Below are positions 46,501 to 55,667 of a DNA stretch of 64,000 nucleotides, in pieces (within the stretch, counting starts at the first letter, position 1; each line of letters opens with the position of its first letter). The DNA comes from an uncultured Pseudomonadota bacterium (GTDB lineage: Bacteria; Oederibacteriota; Muellerivitia; Muellerivitales; Muellerivitaceae): assembly GCA_963770835.1 (NCBI GenBank), contig CAVYRH010000026.1:256001-320000 (forward strand), given 5' to 3'. The translations under genes and the position numbers were made by a program. The notes under the pieces were generated by a model. The model worked only from the letters and a program-made list of their open reading frames with translations, was not told the DNA's origin and searched no databases.

Positions 46501-47531
46501 CCGGGACCGTGGTGGACCGTTTTGACGGGTCCGGCACCAGTTATTCCCTGACTCAAACCCTCACCAACTCCGTTTTTGCCGCAAGCACCTTGACCGGTAT
46601 CCTGGTGGAGCCCACGGGGCCCAACCAGAACACCATTTATGTGGCGGACTACTTTTCCTACGTCATCCGGGGCCTTTCGGAAACCTGGAGCGCGGGAGTG
46701 ACCACTTACGGAACAGCCCCCTTCACCACCAGTATTTCCACCATCCTCAGCTATCCCCTCGACATCCAAACCGACCTGGCGGGGAATATCTACGTGGCCA
46801 ACGTCATCAGTTCGGTGGATGTCTTCTCCCCGACCAGCGACCCCACCGTTTGGTTTTACCAGCACAATATCCCGGTTCCCTACGGGCCTTATGGGATCGG
46901 GATCGACCAATTTGGCGAAATTTTCGCCAGCACCCATCCTTCTAACCCCAACGATGCTGTCCTGAAGATCCGGGGTTGCGAGACGGAACCCAGCTTGACG
47001 CCCACCGGAACCCCGTTCACCCCCACACCGACCGGGACCCCCACCAACACGCCTTCGGCAACACCCTCCAATACAACCATCTCAACGGCCACGAACAGCC
47101 CCACTTCCACCCCCACCCTTACGCCAACCTTCACCTCTTCCGCCACCCCGAGTTATTCCCCCACCATCACCCCGACCTTCACCCCCAGCTCGACTCCCAC
47201 GGCAAGCCCCACAGTGACGCCCACCTCCACGATCACTTCCACCGCCACCGAAGGCTGCCACGCCCCGGTGTGCTACCCCAACCCGGTGAAAGGGGGGAAC
47301 CAATTTTCACTGCATTTGTCCCCCTGCGACCAAGTACCGGGAATCAGGATCAAACTCTACACCCTGGCTTTCCGGAAGGTCTTGGACACCCAGTTCAATT
47401 CCTCTTCCGGCGCGGTTTGGGACGTGGATTTGACGGACAACTGGGGGTCTCCTTTGGCCAACGGGCTTTATTACCTGGTTATCGAACGGCCGGAAGGCAG
47501 AGTGATTGAAAAACTGCTTATTTTGCGCTGA
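43383..47531 (+). CDS. Second secreted NHL-repeat protein (paralog of 38192) with CTD
   Basis: Same mature N-terminus QPVRGVAGDLWAD.VLGQ, NHL motifs, and C-terminal YPNP...LANGLYY...KLLILR. Confidence 0.88.
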   Translation: MYSLARFKTFLPFFLLFFLPAFSQAQPVRGVAGDLWADLVLGQPGYGSLTYGLINASGIFIAGGVAADPNPAHHRIYVWDAGNSRILGFSNTTLFQPNSTATSLGYTADIVLGQPDFNHAGCNGDSNDQLWPNYVPPSQTSLCGMWQRQGSISEGGSQSAMAVDPATGDLYVADVFNNRVLRFAYGSLISGAEGVSAAGVWGQPDYSSFLVNQGFSGPTNSTLFFSGTSTPSLVGPCANGAGYYATGVGFDSNHNLWVADSANNRVLRFPSGTGGIPQSTADLVLGQASFYVNGTTNMTVPTAVRVDGYGNVYVVDYGAPAGRILVFNQTTYSGLSADTIPDLVYTNSAVVKSLGGIDMDNSGNLWAANGGDGGYPGSNLITELEPLYSGTSVTGFQVINALGQDTLPPTPPSGSYGESGPDFSFIAGGSVFSAFLEVALVAVDGSGNVYAFGKGGTAGLFRFPAPIPTPQVGKSYSADVDIFKQTAAGGGDQVGMNGLVQPFGVAVADDNTSSRQLIVADSFRLDYWNMGSTGPTALTTYQPPDGYAGVSSSNVTIPGLTGNSFTRIRVDHSSGATGSQHLWVIAQEQTAQIYKLPLADYASASSAVNTNIPVLGAPVSLVDWTGQGGLSGLNDLMPQGSVSAPYASGPVSYLWVADNIHGRIFRVRDPLGRLGLGPVVDILIGQTTAANNTCSNFGTVGTSGCAGNIPENQYTLNWPGSVGLDHAGNLYVNDFSLETAGNWRLLEYDESEIAQATQNSISTGQIQFLSNSVSYTGATHVYGQNGSFTSSCATAPPPSNPIASACMPLQAAFPSNDQAMVVEGFEGVPQVIPSPHTNFDPNNSTLPWTHLNDFYSNMYSDTFDGQNNLYTVDNNRARLLVYYNPVPDPTPTPTGTLTPVPTPTSTITPTPGCFQVIGPLPSPTAGFVGPAGIAVDYAHNLLYVANSGKQTVEVYGYSAGSLPNYLGPLQGVALSVSHLALDQSGNLYLVSGAQVYKTALGGSGLTASSLTPILTLSYAINGLYVDRTGGILYLTEAQSTGTVVDRFDGSGTSYSLTQTLTNSVFAASTLTGILVEPTGPNQNTIYVADYFSYVIRGLSETWSAGVTTYGTAPFTTSISTILSYPLDIQTDLAGNIYVANVISSVDVFSPTSDPTVWFYQHNIPVPYGPYGIGIDQFGEIFASTHPSNPNDAVLKIRGCETEPSLTPTGTPFTPTPTGTPTNTPSATPSNTTISTATNSPTSTPTLTPTFTSSATPSYSPTITPTFTPSSTPTASPTVTPTSTITSTATEGCHAPVCYPNPVKGGNQFSLHLSPCDQVPGIRIKLYTLAFRKVLDTQFNSSSGAVWDVDLTDNWGSPLANGLYYLVIERPEGRVIEKLLILR

Positions 47532-47629
47532 TTTCATTCACTTTTTAAGGTATGAGCTGCATTCTATGGCCGTTTTTTATTTTGAATTAAATTAAGGGTG
47601 ATCCGTCTAGAAGCTGAGAGTGCCCTTAT

Positions 47630-50600
47630 ATGAAAACAGCCCTATTGCCCATCCTTATTCTCACGACCGTTTGCGGGTTGGCCCCCGTTTATGCCCAGAC
47701 GTCTACCCCCACGTATACTCCCACCGATTCGCCAACCTCCGGCATTGACCCGACGATCACCATGACCTTTACCTTCACCCCCACGCCTTGCGTGACGGAT
47801 ACCGGTACCTATACCCCGACGGGGACCTTTACCGGAACTCCCACGACGGACCCGGGGACGGCAACGACCACCCAAACACCTACCAACACGCCCACCAATT
47901 CAGTGACTCCGACCACCACTGTCTTTTACACCCTTCAGGTCGTGATTTACACCAATGATCCTTACGGCGCGGATTCGGTTGTCTCATCCCCCGCCGGGGT
48001 CAGTTGCGTTAGTTATGGAGGCAGTAGCAGTGGGGCGTGTTCCGCTACTTTCGCAGCGGGGACAGCGGTTACTTTGACAACAACCGGTGTTAATGACGTA
48101 TTTTATAATTTCACGGGTTCTCTTACGGGGCTCAATAACATCTTGACGATAAACCAAAATTGCGCCGTAACGGCGTGGTTTGCTACCACTACGAATACTC
48201 CAACCAGCACTGCAACGAACACATTTATTTCCACTCCCACCAACACCCGCACCAATACGCCAACCAACACCCCCACTCAAACTTATACAAGCACCCCCAC
48301 CACCAGCCCGACGGGCACTATCACGCCTGCGATTACTTCCACGCCCACCAATACTCCTACCCTTACCGTAACAAGCACAAGTTGCAACACACCCACCGCT
48401 ACCTCTTTCAACACAGTCACCGCCACCCCGACCAACACGGCCACGAACACTGCGACGAATACCCCCACCTCAACACCGTCGTCCACCCCAACCAATTCCC
48501 CCACTATTACAAGCACACCTACGGTAACACCAACCAACTGCGGGCCTGGTACCGCCTTGGATTTGAGTTGGAGCACCATGGCCCCTATGCCGACTAGCCG
48601 GAGCGGGAACGCGAGTGGGGTTGTGAACGGGATTGTATACGTGGTTGGAGGGTTGAACAACAATGGTTGGTTAAACACCGTGGAAGCCTATGACCCCTCA
48701 ACCAACAGCTGGTCGACCAAGGCTTCCATGCCCACTGCCAGGAGCGGCTTGGCGGTCGGTGTTGTGAATGGGATCTTATACGCCATAGGCGGAGCAAGCA
48801 GTCCCTATAATTCATTGAACGCCGTGGAAGCCTATGATCCCTCAACTGACAGTTGGTCAACTAAGGCTTCTATGCCCACTGCCAGGAGCGGCTTAGCGGT
48901 AGGGGTATTAAATGGTGTTCTATACGCCGTTGGCGGTTATAACGGCGGTGATATCAGCACGGTTGAGGCTTATGACCCCACCACGGATAGTTGGACTTCC
49001 AAAACATCTATGGCAACTCCGCGATATGGACTAACGGTTGGGGTGGTGAACGGCAATTTATACGCCATTGGGGGTTTGTATTTTAACAATACGTTGGTCA
49101 AGAATATCTACTTGAGCAGCGTTGAAGCTTACAACCCTGCCGCAAATACATGGACCAACAAATCGCCCATGCCCACGGCCCGGTATGGGTTATCAAGCGA
49201 CGTAGTAGATGGGATTTTGTATGCCATCGGAGGATCAAACAACAGTTACGGATCCGGGTATGTCAATGCCGTGGAAGCTTATAATGCCGGATCGGATACC
49301 TGGGCCCCCAAGGTCTCTATGCCGACTTCCAGGTCGTTTCTGTCGGTTGGCGCGGTTAATAGGGTTCTCTATGCCGTGGGAGGAGGGGATAATTCCAGCG
49401 ATTGGATAACTTTGAATGAGGCGGGCGCGATCATTTGCCTTCCCTATACCGCCTCTCCGACAGCCACTACCACTGGAACTCCAACCCCAACTTTAACTGC
49501 TACACCTAGTGGTACATGGTTTACTTCAACGCCAACAAACTCCATTACTGCAACATTCACAAATACGACTACTTTTTCACCCACGAACACCACGACCACT
49601 ACACCCACGAATACCGTAAGCAACACCCCCGCGACGGACCCTGGGACGGCCACCCCCACTTGGACAGCTAGCAACACCCCGACCAACAGTCCCACTATGA
49701 ATCCCGGGACCAATACTCCTACGGCCTGCCCCACCAATACGACGGTCAACACTGTTACAAATACGGCGACGTCCACCGCCACCAACACTCCAACCGTCAC
49801 AGCCACAGGGACTTTGCCGACGGGCACCTTCACCGGGACCCCGACCGAAACGCCCACCGTCACCCCAACCGGAACCTTCACGAATACACCCACCATTACC
49901 AACACCTATACCGTTACGGAAACCCCGACCCCCACCATGACCTTCTCCGCCACCAATACACCCACTAACAGCTTTACCCCCAACCCCACGGCCACGGCTT
50001 GTTTGGGTTATGGCTACCTGGGAACCACCAGTATGGTGGGCACTTCCGGGAATTCCACATTTAACACATTACGATTGAACGCTTATTTAGCCATTTACAA
50101 CACGACTCTCTACAATATTTCAGCTTATATGGCCTCGAACACAACTTATGGGTTGGCGGTTTACGCGGACAATGGTAGTGGCACCTTGCCGACCACCCTT
50201 TTGGCCCAATCGGGGCAGCAAACGGCACCATCCACAAACGGTTGGGTGACCAATAATCTTTCCCAACCGGTCCCCGTCGTCACTGGAAATACTTACTGGA
50301 TAGGAATGGTGACCGCCCCCGGGGGAGGGTGCTACGGCATGGGCAATGGCACGACTGAAGCCTACCAGTCGGTTTCCCTGTACGGCTCCCTGCCGGTATC
50401 TTTCACGGGTACAACCAGTTCCAGCCCGGGATGGCTTTTCTCGGTTTACGCCAGCGGCTGTCCGGGTCCGACCCTTACTGCGACACCTACCGGGACTTGG
50501 TACACGCCGACATGGACCTCAACCAATACCCCCACCATCACCTCCACACCCACCAACACGGTGACGAGTACAGCCACCAGTTCTCCCGCAAATATGGCCT

Positions 50601-51178
50601 CTTTCACTCCCACTAATACTCCCACCAACACGTCCACGTTCAGCATCGACCCGACACCCATAACCGATCCAGGAACGTTTACTCCTACACCAACTCCAAC
50701 AACCTCATCTACTCCCACCAACAGCCCGACGCCGGGAATAGATCCCACGCCCGTGACCGATCCGGGGACCCCGACTTGGACACCCACCAGCACCACCAAC
50801 AACACTTACACTTTTACTCCGACGCCTTGCGTTACCTACACGCCTACGCCGACGGCTTCGCCCGCGCACCCCACCCTCACCTCGACGCCCTCCAACCAGC
50901 CTCCGGCGAAGGTTTATCCCAACCCGGCGACAGGGCCTGGTCCGGTGACCTTGCAGTTGAACCTCTCTTCCCCGGCTGGCAGTGTGGTCGTCCAAGTCCT
51001 GACCACCTCCGGACGCCAGGTGAATCGGATTGTCCTGACGAACGTCCCTAAGGGAATCAGCGATTTCGCCCTTCCCTTGATGGATAAAAACGGAGTGCCG
51101 CTCGCGAACGGTCTTTATTACGTCTCGATCACGACACCCCAAGGCCGTTCCATCCTCAAACTCTTGGTACTCCGATAA
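47630..51178 (+). CDS. Secreted Kelch-repeat protein with Thr-rich linkers, two small beta domains and CTD
   Basis: Six Kelch units MPT(A/S)R...VVNG.LYA(I/V)GG...VEAY(D/N)P..(N/D).W; CTD YPNP...LANGLYY...KLLVLR. Confidence 0.88.
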   Translation: MKTALLPILILTTVCGLAPVYAQTSTPTYTPTDSPTSGIDPTITMTFTFTPTPCVTDTGTYTPTGTFTGTPTTDPGTATTTQTPTNTPTNSVTPTTTVFYTLQVVIYTNDPYGADSVVSSPAGVSCVSYGGSSSGACSATFAAGTAVTLTTTGVNDVFYNFTGSLTGLNNILTINQNCAVTAWFATTTNTPTSTATNTFISTPTNTRTNTPTNTPTQTYTSTPTTSPTGTITPAITSTPTNTPTLTVTSTSCNTPTATSFNTVTATPTNTATNTATNTPTSTPSSTPTNSPTITSTPTVTPTNCGPGTALDLSWSTMAPMPTSRSGNASGVVNGIVYVVGGLNNNGWLNTVEAYDPSTNSWSTKASMPTARSGLAVGVVNGILYAIGGASSPYNSLNAVEAYDPSTDSWSTKASMPTARSGLAVGVLNGVLYAVGGYNGGDISTVEAYDPTTDSWTSKTSMATPRYGLTVGVVNGNLYAIGGLYFNNTLVKNIYLSSVEAYNPAANTWTNKSPMPTARYGLSSDVVDGILYAIGGSNNSYGSGYVNAVEAYNAGSDTWAPKVSMPTSRSFLSVGAVNRVLYAVGGGDNSSDWITLNEAGAIICLPYTASPTATTTGTPTPTLTATPSGTWFTSTPTNSITATFTNTTTFSPTNTTTTTPTNTVSNTPATDPGTATPTWTASNTPTNSPTMNPGTNTPTACPTNTTVNTVTNTATSTATNTPTVTATGTLPTGTFTGTPTETPTVTPTGTFTNTPTITNTYTVTETPTPTMTFSATNTPTNSFTPNPTATACLGYGYLGTTSMVGTSGNSTFNTLRLNAYLAIYNTTLYNISAYMASNTTYGLAVYADNGSGTLPTTLLAQSGQQTAPSTNGWVTNNLSQPVPVVTGNTYWIGMVTAPGGGCYGMGNGTTEAYQSVSLYGSLPVSFTGTTSSSPGWLFSVYASGCPGPTLTATPTGTWYTPTWTSTNTPTITSTPTNTVTSTATSSPANMASFTPTNTPTNTSTFSIDPTPITDPGTFTPTPTPTTSSTPTNSPTPGIDPTPVTDPGTPTWTPTSTTNNTYTFTPTPCVTYTPTPTASPAHPTLTSTPSNQPPAKVYPNPATGPGPVTLQLNLSSPAGSVVVQVLTTSGRQVNRIVLTNVPKGISDFALPLMDKNGVPLANGLYYVSITTPQGRSILKLLVLR

Positions 51179-51271
51179 TTCGACCTGAAATTGGTTTTTT
51201 CCCCTAAGCCCAGAACCCGTTTTCCAACCTTTTGAACATTCACTCCCTGGCTTATAATTCAATGCACGGTT

Positions 51272-51287
51272 ATGAAACCGGTTTCAT
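51272..51287. promoter_or_regulatory. Perfect 16-bp palindrome ATGAAACCGGTTTCAT, LacI-family/cre-like operator candidate
   Basis: Intergenic, upstream of the second ECF gene and just downstream of a TATAAT; fits the TGWAANCGNTTWCA shape. Confidence 0.55.
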
Positions 51288-51394
51288 TCCTGTTGAGAAC
51301 CACGCCGACCCTTGAATAACCAATAAGCCAATTTTTATCCGGCGCCTGTTTATGGCCCTGGAAAAGCGTTTTTTCGCGAAATCGAAATGAGCAT

Positions 51395-51422
51395 GGAATA
51401 TTTCGGCCCGAAAGGGTACTAA
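51395..51422 (+). promoter_or_regulatory. Putative ECF-sigma (autoregulatory) promoter GGAATA-N17-ACTAA
   Basis: Same elements and spacing as 22234-22261; in both cases the motif ends 16 nt before the TTG start. Confidence 0.65.
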
Positions 51423-51438
51423 GTCGATAGGAGTTCCT

Positions 51439-52008
51439 TTGGACGAACGGGAACTGGTCGGACAGATCCTCAGGGGCGACGAAAAGGCCAAAACGAAGTT
51501 TTACCGGGCCTACCAACAAAAGCTTTACAGCTTTTGCGTTTATTTTATGGGGTCGAATGACCCGGAGATCGAGGACATTCTCCAGGAAGCTTTCCTGGCC
51601 GCGTTCCAAAAGTTGGGCCAGTTTGAGTTCCGCTCCAGCCTGGACACCTGGCTGACCCAGATCTGCATCCACCAATGTTACCGGCACTTCCGCAAGCGCG
51701 GACGGACGGTGGCCCAGGCGGAAGAAGACCTGGAGCAGCGGCTCAAGCCCCGTGCCATGGAAGCCGCCGATAAGGCGGAAAGGGAAACGGACCGGAAGCA
51801 CAAGATGGAAACCATCGACCGGGCCCTGGAAAACATGGGCGAACCCTGCAAGCAAATGCTCCGGTTGAGGGTCAAGGAAGGCGCCAGTTACATCGAAATA
51901 GCGCGTTCCTTGAAGGTGCCGATAGGGACCGTGATGTCCCGGCTGGCCCGTTGCACGGCCACCCTGAAGGAAAGGGTGGAAGGGATGATGGAAGAAGGAA
52001 AGAAATGA
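51439..52008 (+). CDS. ECF RNA polymerase sigma-70 factor (cassette 2)
   Basis: EDILQEAFLAAFQKL..FEFRSSLDTWLTQI and SYIEIARSLKVPIGTVMSRLAR; clear paralog of 22278. AGGAG RBS. Confidence 0.95.
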   Translation: MDERELVGQILRGDEKAKTKFYRAYQQKLYSFCVYFMGSNDPEIEDILQEAFLAAFQKLGQFEFRSSLDTWLTQICIHQCYRHFRKRGRTVAQAEEDLEQRLKPRAMEAADKAERETDRKHKMETIDRALENMGEPCKQMLRLRVKEGASYIEIARSLKVPIGTVMSRLARCTATLKERVEGMMEEGKK

Positions 52009-52673
52009 CCAACTTGGTGAACGAATTTTTCAACCGGAACCTGACCGAAGCCGAAGCCCAGACCTTGGAAGAACTTTTGGGAAAGTCCCCGGAAGACGCC
52101 CTTCGTTTCGGGGAGAAAATAAAGCAGGAATACTTTGCCATGGGCCTGACCGTTCCCGAAATCCCGAGGCACTGGGGACTGCCGCACGGCACCGCGCCCC
52201 TGTCCCTCTTGAAAGCCGCAATCGCGGCGGCCTTGCTGGCCGGAGCCGGGGCTCTGGGGTGGCATTTTTGGAAGCCCACATCGCCCCTGAAGTCGACCGC
52301 AACCATGCCCTCCCAGTCGGCACCCCAACTCGTCCCCGCTTTGCCACCGCTGGCAGTCAAGCCCCAGGCCGCCCTGCCGCCCCCGCCCCTGGAAATCCCG
52401 GAAAGGCTTGGAGGGGCCAGCGAAGAGGGGAACCGCCTCAGCGTGGTAGTGGAATTGGACAAACCCGCGCCGGTGGAGGTCTGTATCCTTGACCCGAAGG
52501 ATCAAAGGATACGCACCCTTTACCAGGGAAGCCTCCCGGAAGGAAAATGGGCGATCCATTGGGATGGCCTCCTTTCCGACGGATCCAAGGCCCCCACGGG
52601 GAACTACCACATCCTCGTCAAGTCCGGCGCTACTCAAATGTCCAAGAATGTGAGCGTTGAAACGGGCCGATAG
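52005..52673 (+). CDS. Putative membrane anti-sigma factor with C-terminal FlgD-Ig/CTD-like domain (cassette 2)
   Basis: ATGA overlap with the sigma stop; MTNLVNEFFNRNLTEAEAQTLEELL..SPEDALRF, TM helix, IHWDGLLSDGSKAPTGNYHILVKSG; paralog of 23043. Confidence 0.82.
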   Translation: MTNLVNEFFNRNLTEAEAQTLEELLGKSPEDALRFGEKIKQEYFAMGLTVPEIPRHWGLPHGTAPLSLLKAAIAAALLAGAGALGWHFWKPTSPLKSTATMPSQSAPQLVPALPPLAVKPQAALPPPPLEIPERLGGASEEGNRLSVVVELDKPAPVEVCILDPKDQRIRTLYQGSLPEGKWAIHWDGLLSDGSKAPTGNYHILVKSGATQMSKNVSVETGR

Positions 52674-52713
52674 TTTTTAATTGCCGCGATAGGAAGAGCC
52701 TTTCCGGGGTGTT

Positions 52714-54117
52714 ATGATTTTGCCGGAGGCGTCCATGCATCCGGCGGGCCTTTCAGGCGCTAAAATCCTTTTTCCCCGATTAAACCGGATCAAGTCCGGT
52801 CCCCTCCCGGGATTATTCCTTCGATTGGGGCCGGGTCATTTCCGAATTTCACCGTTTGTTTGTGCCGGCCTAATGATAGTTTTTTCCTCCTCGGGTTCTT
52901 GGGCCCAGACGGTTACGGGAACGGCCAGCCTGGCGGCACCCCTGGAGAACCTTGAGGGATCGGCCCGGGACCTGGCCCTGGGCTCGGCCTTCGTGGGAGT
53001 GGCCGACGACACCTCCGCCCTTTTCTTCAACCCCGCGGGCCTTTCGGGTTTGAGAAGCCCCGATGTTGCCTTGCACCATAACAGCTACCTGGCCGGGACC
53101 TTCCAGGAAACCCTGACCGCGGGTTTCCCCACCGGGAACATGGGGGGACTGGCCTTCGCCCTGGATTACGTGAGCTGGGGGACACTCGACCTCCGGGACG
53201 CCTTCGGCGCCTCCCAGGGAAGCTTCAACGACAGCGACGTGGGGTTTACTGCGGGTTGGGGCATGGAATGGCTCCCGGGTTTTTCGGTAGGTATCGCCTT
53301 GAGGGCGCTCCAACAGAAGGTCGTGAACGACCTTTACACCAGCCTGGCCGGGAACGCCGGACTGCTTTGGTCGCCCCAAAAAAATTTCCGACTGGGGCTT
53401 TCTTACCTCAATTTCGGCACCCCCGTGGCAGGAAGCGCTTTGGCGGGTGAATTGAACGGCGGGGGATCGGCCCTTTTCCAACTCGACCCGCACATCACCC
53501 TTCTTACGGCCTTGGCCGGGTCTTGGACGCCGGGGGGAGTCGGTTCCGCCCAGGGAGGATTGGAAGGGGTACTGGACCGGCAATGGGCCTTGCGGTTGGG
53601 ATACCAGCAGCCTTTTTACGACAACCAGATCGACGGCCTCACGGGCTTCACCGCCGGCGCCGGGCTCAAGATTTCCGCGTTATCGCTGGATTACGCCTAT
53701 TTGCCTTTCGGAACCCTGGGAGCCTCCAACCGGATCAGCCTGGCCTACCAATTCGATCTGCCCAAGCAAGTGGTGAGGGTGCCCGTGCAAGTGCCGGTGA
53801 CGGTGGTACAACCCGCGTCCGCCCCGCCGGCCACGGACGCGGAAGTCCACTTTAAAATTTCCACCGACCCTTTGGCGCAAGGACAGGAACTGGAAAAAGA
53901 GGGCAAAGTAAAAGAAGCCATCGGGGTTTACGTTGAGGCGATCAAGGAAAAGCCGGACGATGACATCCTTTGGCAATCACTGGGCAACGATTATTACCGC
54001 CTGGGTGAGAAAGCCTATGCCATCCAGTGTTTTGAAAAGGTCCTCCAATTGAAGCCGGACAACCAGGCCTTAAGGGATTGGCTGGCGAAGTACAAGCAGT
54101 CGCAGGATTCAAATTAA
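52714..54117 (+). CDS. PorV/PorQ-family beta-barrel fused to TPR domain (cassette 2)
   Basis: GSARDLALGSAFVGVADDTSALFFNPAGLS, LHHNSYLAGTFQET, LDYAYLPFGTLGASNRISLAYQF, TPR ...AIQCFEKVLQLKPDN. The true start may be downstream of 52714. Confidence 0.85.
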   Translation: MILPEASMHPAGLSGAKILFPRLNRIKSGPLPGLFLRLGPGHFRISPFVCAGLMIVFSSSGSWAQTVTGTASLAAPLENLEGSARDLALGSAFVGVADDTSALFFNPAGLSGLRSPDVALHHNSYLAGTFQETLTAGFPTGNMGGLAFALDYVSWGTLDLRDAFGASQGSFNDSDVGFTAGWGMEWLPGFSVGIALRALQQKVVNDLYTSLAGNAGLLWSPQKNFRLGLSYLNFGTPVAGSALAGELNGGGSALFQLDPHITLLTALAGSWTPGGVGSAQGGLEGVLDRQWALRLGYQQPFYDNQIDGLTGFTAGAGLKISALSLDYAYLPFGTLGASNRISLAYQFDLPKQVVRVPVQVPVTVVQPASAPPATDAEVHFKISTDPLAQGQELEKEGKVKEAIGVYVEAIKEKPDDDILWQSLGNDYYRLGEKAYAIQCFEKVLQLKPDNQALRDWLAKYKQSQDSN

Positions 54118-54136
54118 GCCGGAACAGGGGTTGTAT

Positions 54137-55498
54137 ATGTTTTGGAAAAGGGCGGCCCTTCTTTTTTCCTATTTCGTTTTTTGGGGATTGGGGCTCCCAA
54201 CGGACCAAGCCCTTGGCCAAACCGCCACACCCACTTCCGCGATCATCGCCTCGCTTTTCCTGGGCCAATCCTCGCCCTCCACGGCCGTGACGGGGGGACA
54301 AGCGATCGTTTATAACCTGGCCTATGGCAATACGGGTGTACCCGTGACCACCCTCGACACCTTCGAGACGGATACCGTCGGGAATATGCCTGTGGGATGG
54401 GTGACCTATGGTGGCACGACGGGAACAGTTATGTCGGCAACGGTCACTGCTGGGATCGATGGACCAACCGCTGCGGGCAATCTAGCCGTCGATGCGGTTT
54501 TTAATTACGGATGCACCCCCTATTGTGGACGATTGGACTATACTTTGCCGGGACCTGTAACCGATGGTTCCATCCAGGCCGATTTCTATTTTCCGAATGC
54601 AGGAAACGCGGCCGGACTCATGTGGCGGAACGATACCAACAACGATCAATATCAAATGACCGTTTCCCAGGGCACGAGTAACAATATCAACCTTGTAGCC
54701 CAGGACAACTCCCCTTATCAAATCCTCACCACCACCAGCGCGACCATCAATGCGGGGCAATGGTATACGGTCAAATTGGCCGTATCGGGCTTGGCTCCGG
54801 TGGCTTTGTCGGCTTACGTGAACGGAGCATTGGTGGCTTCGACGAGCACCACCATATTGTTGGGTCCGGGTTTCGCGGGCATCCAGGTCCAAGGCAACTC
54901 GACGGTGGTCTTTGACAATGTCCAGGTGGTCCAGTCGCCCGACGCGGACAGCGTCAACCTGGTGGATACCCTGCCCGCCGGCTTGGCCTATGTCTCCTCC
55001 ACCGGAAGCCCTTCGGTCAACGGGCAGGTGGTCAACTGGAACCTGGGGAGCCTGGTGGCTGGATCCTCCGCGACAGTCCAGGTCACCGCCCTGACCGATC
55101 ATTGCGGCACGACCTTGACGAACTCGGCCCAATTGGACGCGGGCGCCCCACCGGGATCGGCCACTTCCAACGCCGTAACCACTTTGGTTTCCTGCAGCCC
55201 CACGCCCACTCCTCCTGCCCCTGGCAATCAGCCCTACGTCTACTCCAACCCCTCCAGCGGGCCCACGGTCCGCTTCGTCTATAACATGGCGGAAAGCGGA
55301 GAGGCGAATATCCGGGTTTGGAACGCTTCCGGAATCCTGGCCGCCAGCCTGGGGGAACAAAAGACTTCGGGGATCCAGCAAAGCGTCCTTAATATTCAAT
55401 CCTTCGCCCCGGGGCATTATTTTTACCAGATAGACCTGAAATACGACTCCGGAAGGGAAGACCGGTTTAAACCCGAAGTCCTGGCGGTCGAGAAGTAG
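54137..55498 (+). CDS. Secreted non-catalytic protein: ConA/LamG-type (DUF1080-like) domain inserted in a DUF11-like Ig domain, plus variant CTD (cassette 2)
   Basis: AGLMWR...GQWYTVKLAV..LSAYVNG...GFAGI...FDNVQV lectin-fold pattern, flanked by IVYNLAYGNTG and LVDTLPAGLAYVSS...WNLGSL. The CTD is homologous to that of the 25166 protein. Confidence 0.72.
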   Translation: MFWKRAALLFSYFVFWGLGLPTDQALGQTATPTSAIIASLFLGQSSPSTAVTGGQAIVYNLAYGNTGVPVTTLDTFETDTVGNMPVGWVTYGGTTGTVMSATVTAGIDGPTAAGNLAVDAVFNYGCTPYCGRLDYTLPGPVTDGSIQADFYFPNAGNAAGLMWRNDTNNDQYQMTVSQGTSNNINLVAQDNSPYQILTTTSATINAGQWYTVKLAVSGLAPVALSAYVNGALVASTSTTILLGPGFAGIQVQGNSTVVFDNVQVVQSPDADSVNLVDTLPAGLAYVSSTGSPSVNGQVVNWNLGSLVAGSSATVQVTALTDHCGTTLTNSAQLDAGAPPGSATSNAVTTLVSCSPTPTPPAPGNQPYVYSNPSSGPTVRFVYNMAESGEANIRVWNASGILAASLGEQKTSGIQQSVLNIQSFAPGHYFYQIDLKYDSGREDRFKPEVLAVEK

Positions 55499-55667
55499 GT
55501 TTTTCCAACTTTTCCTGCCTGTTTAAACGGTAAATTCGAAAAATATCAGGAAAATTTTAAAAACGGGGAATAAAAACAGCCTGGTTGGAATCCAAGGTAT
55601 GAGAAAGCCTATCCTTTCCCAGCTTTGACAAGCGGGGATTCTAAAATTCAACTGACGGCGGCGGAAA

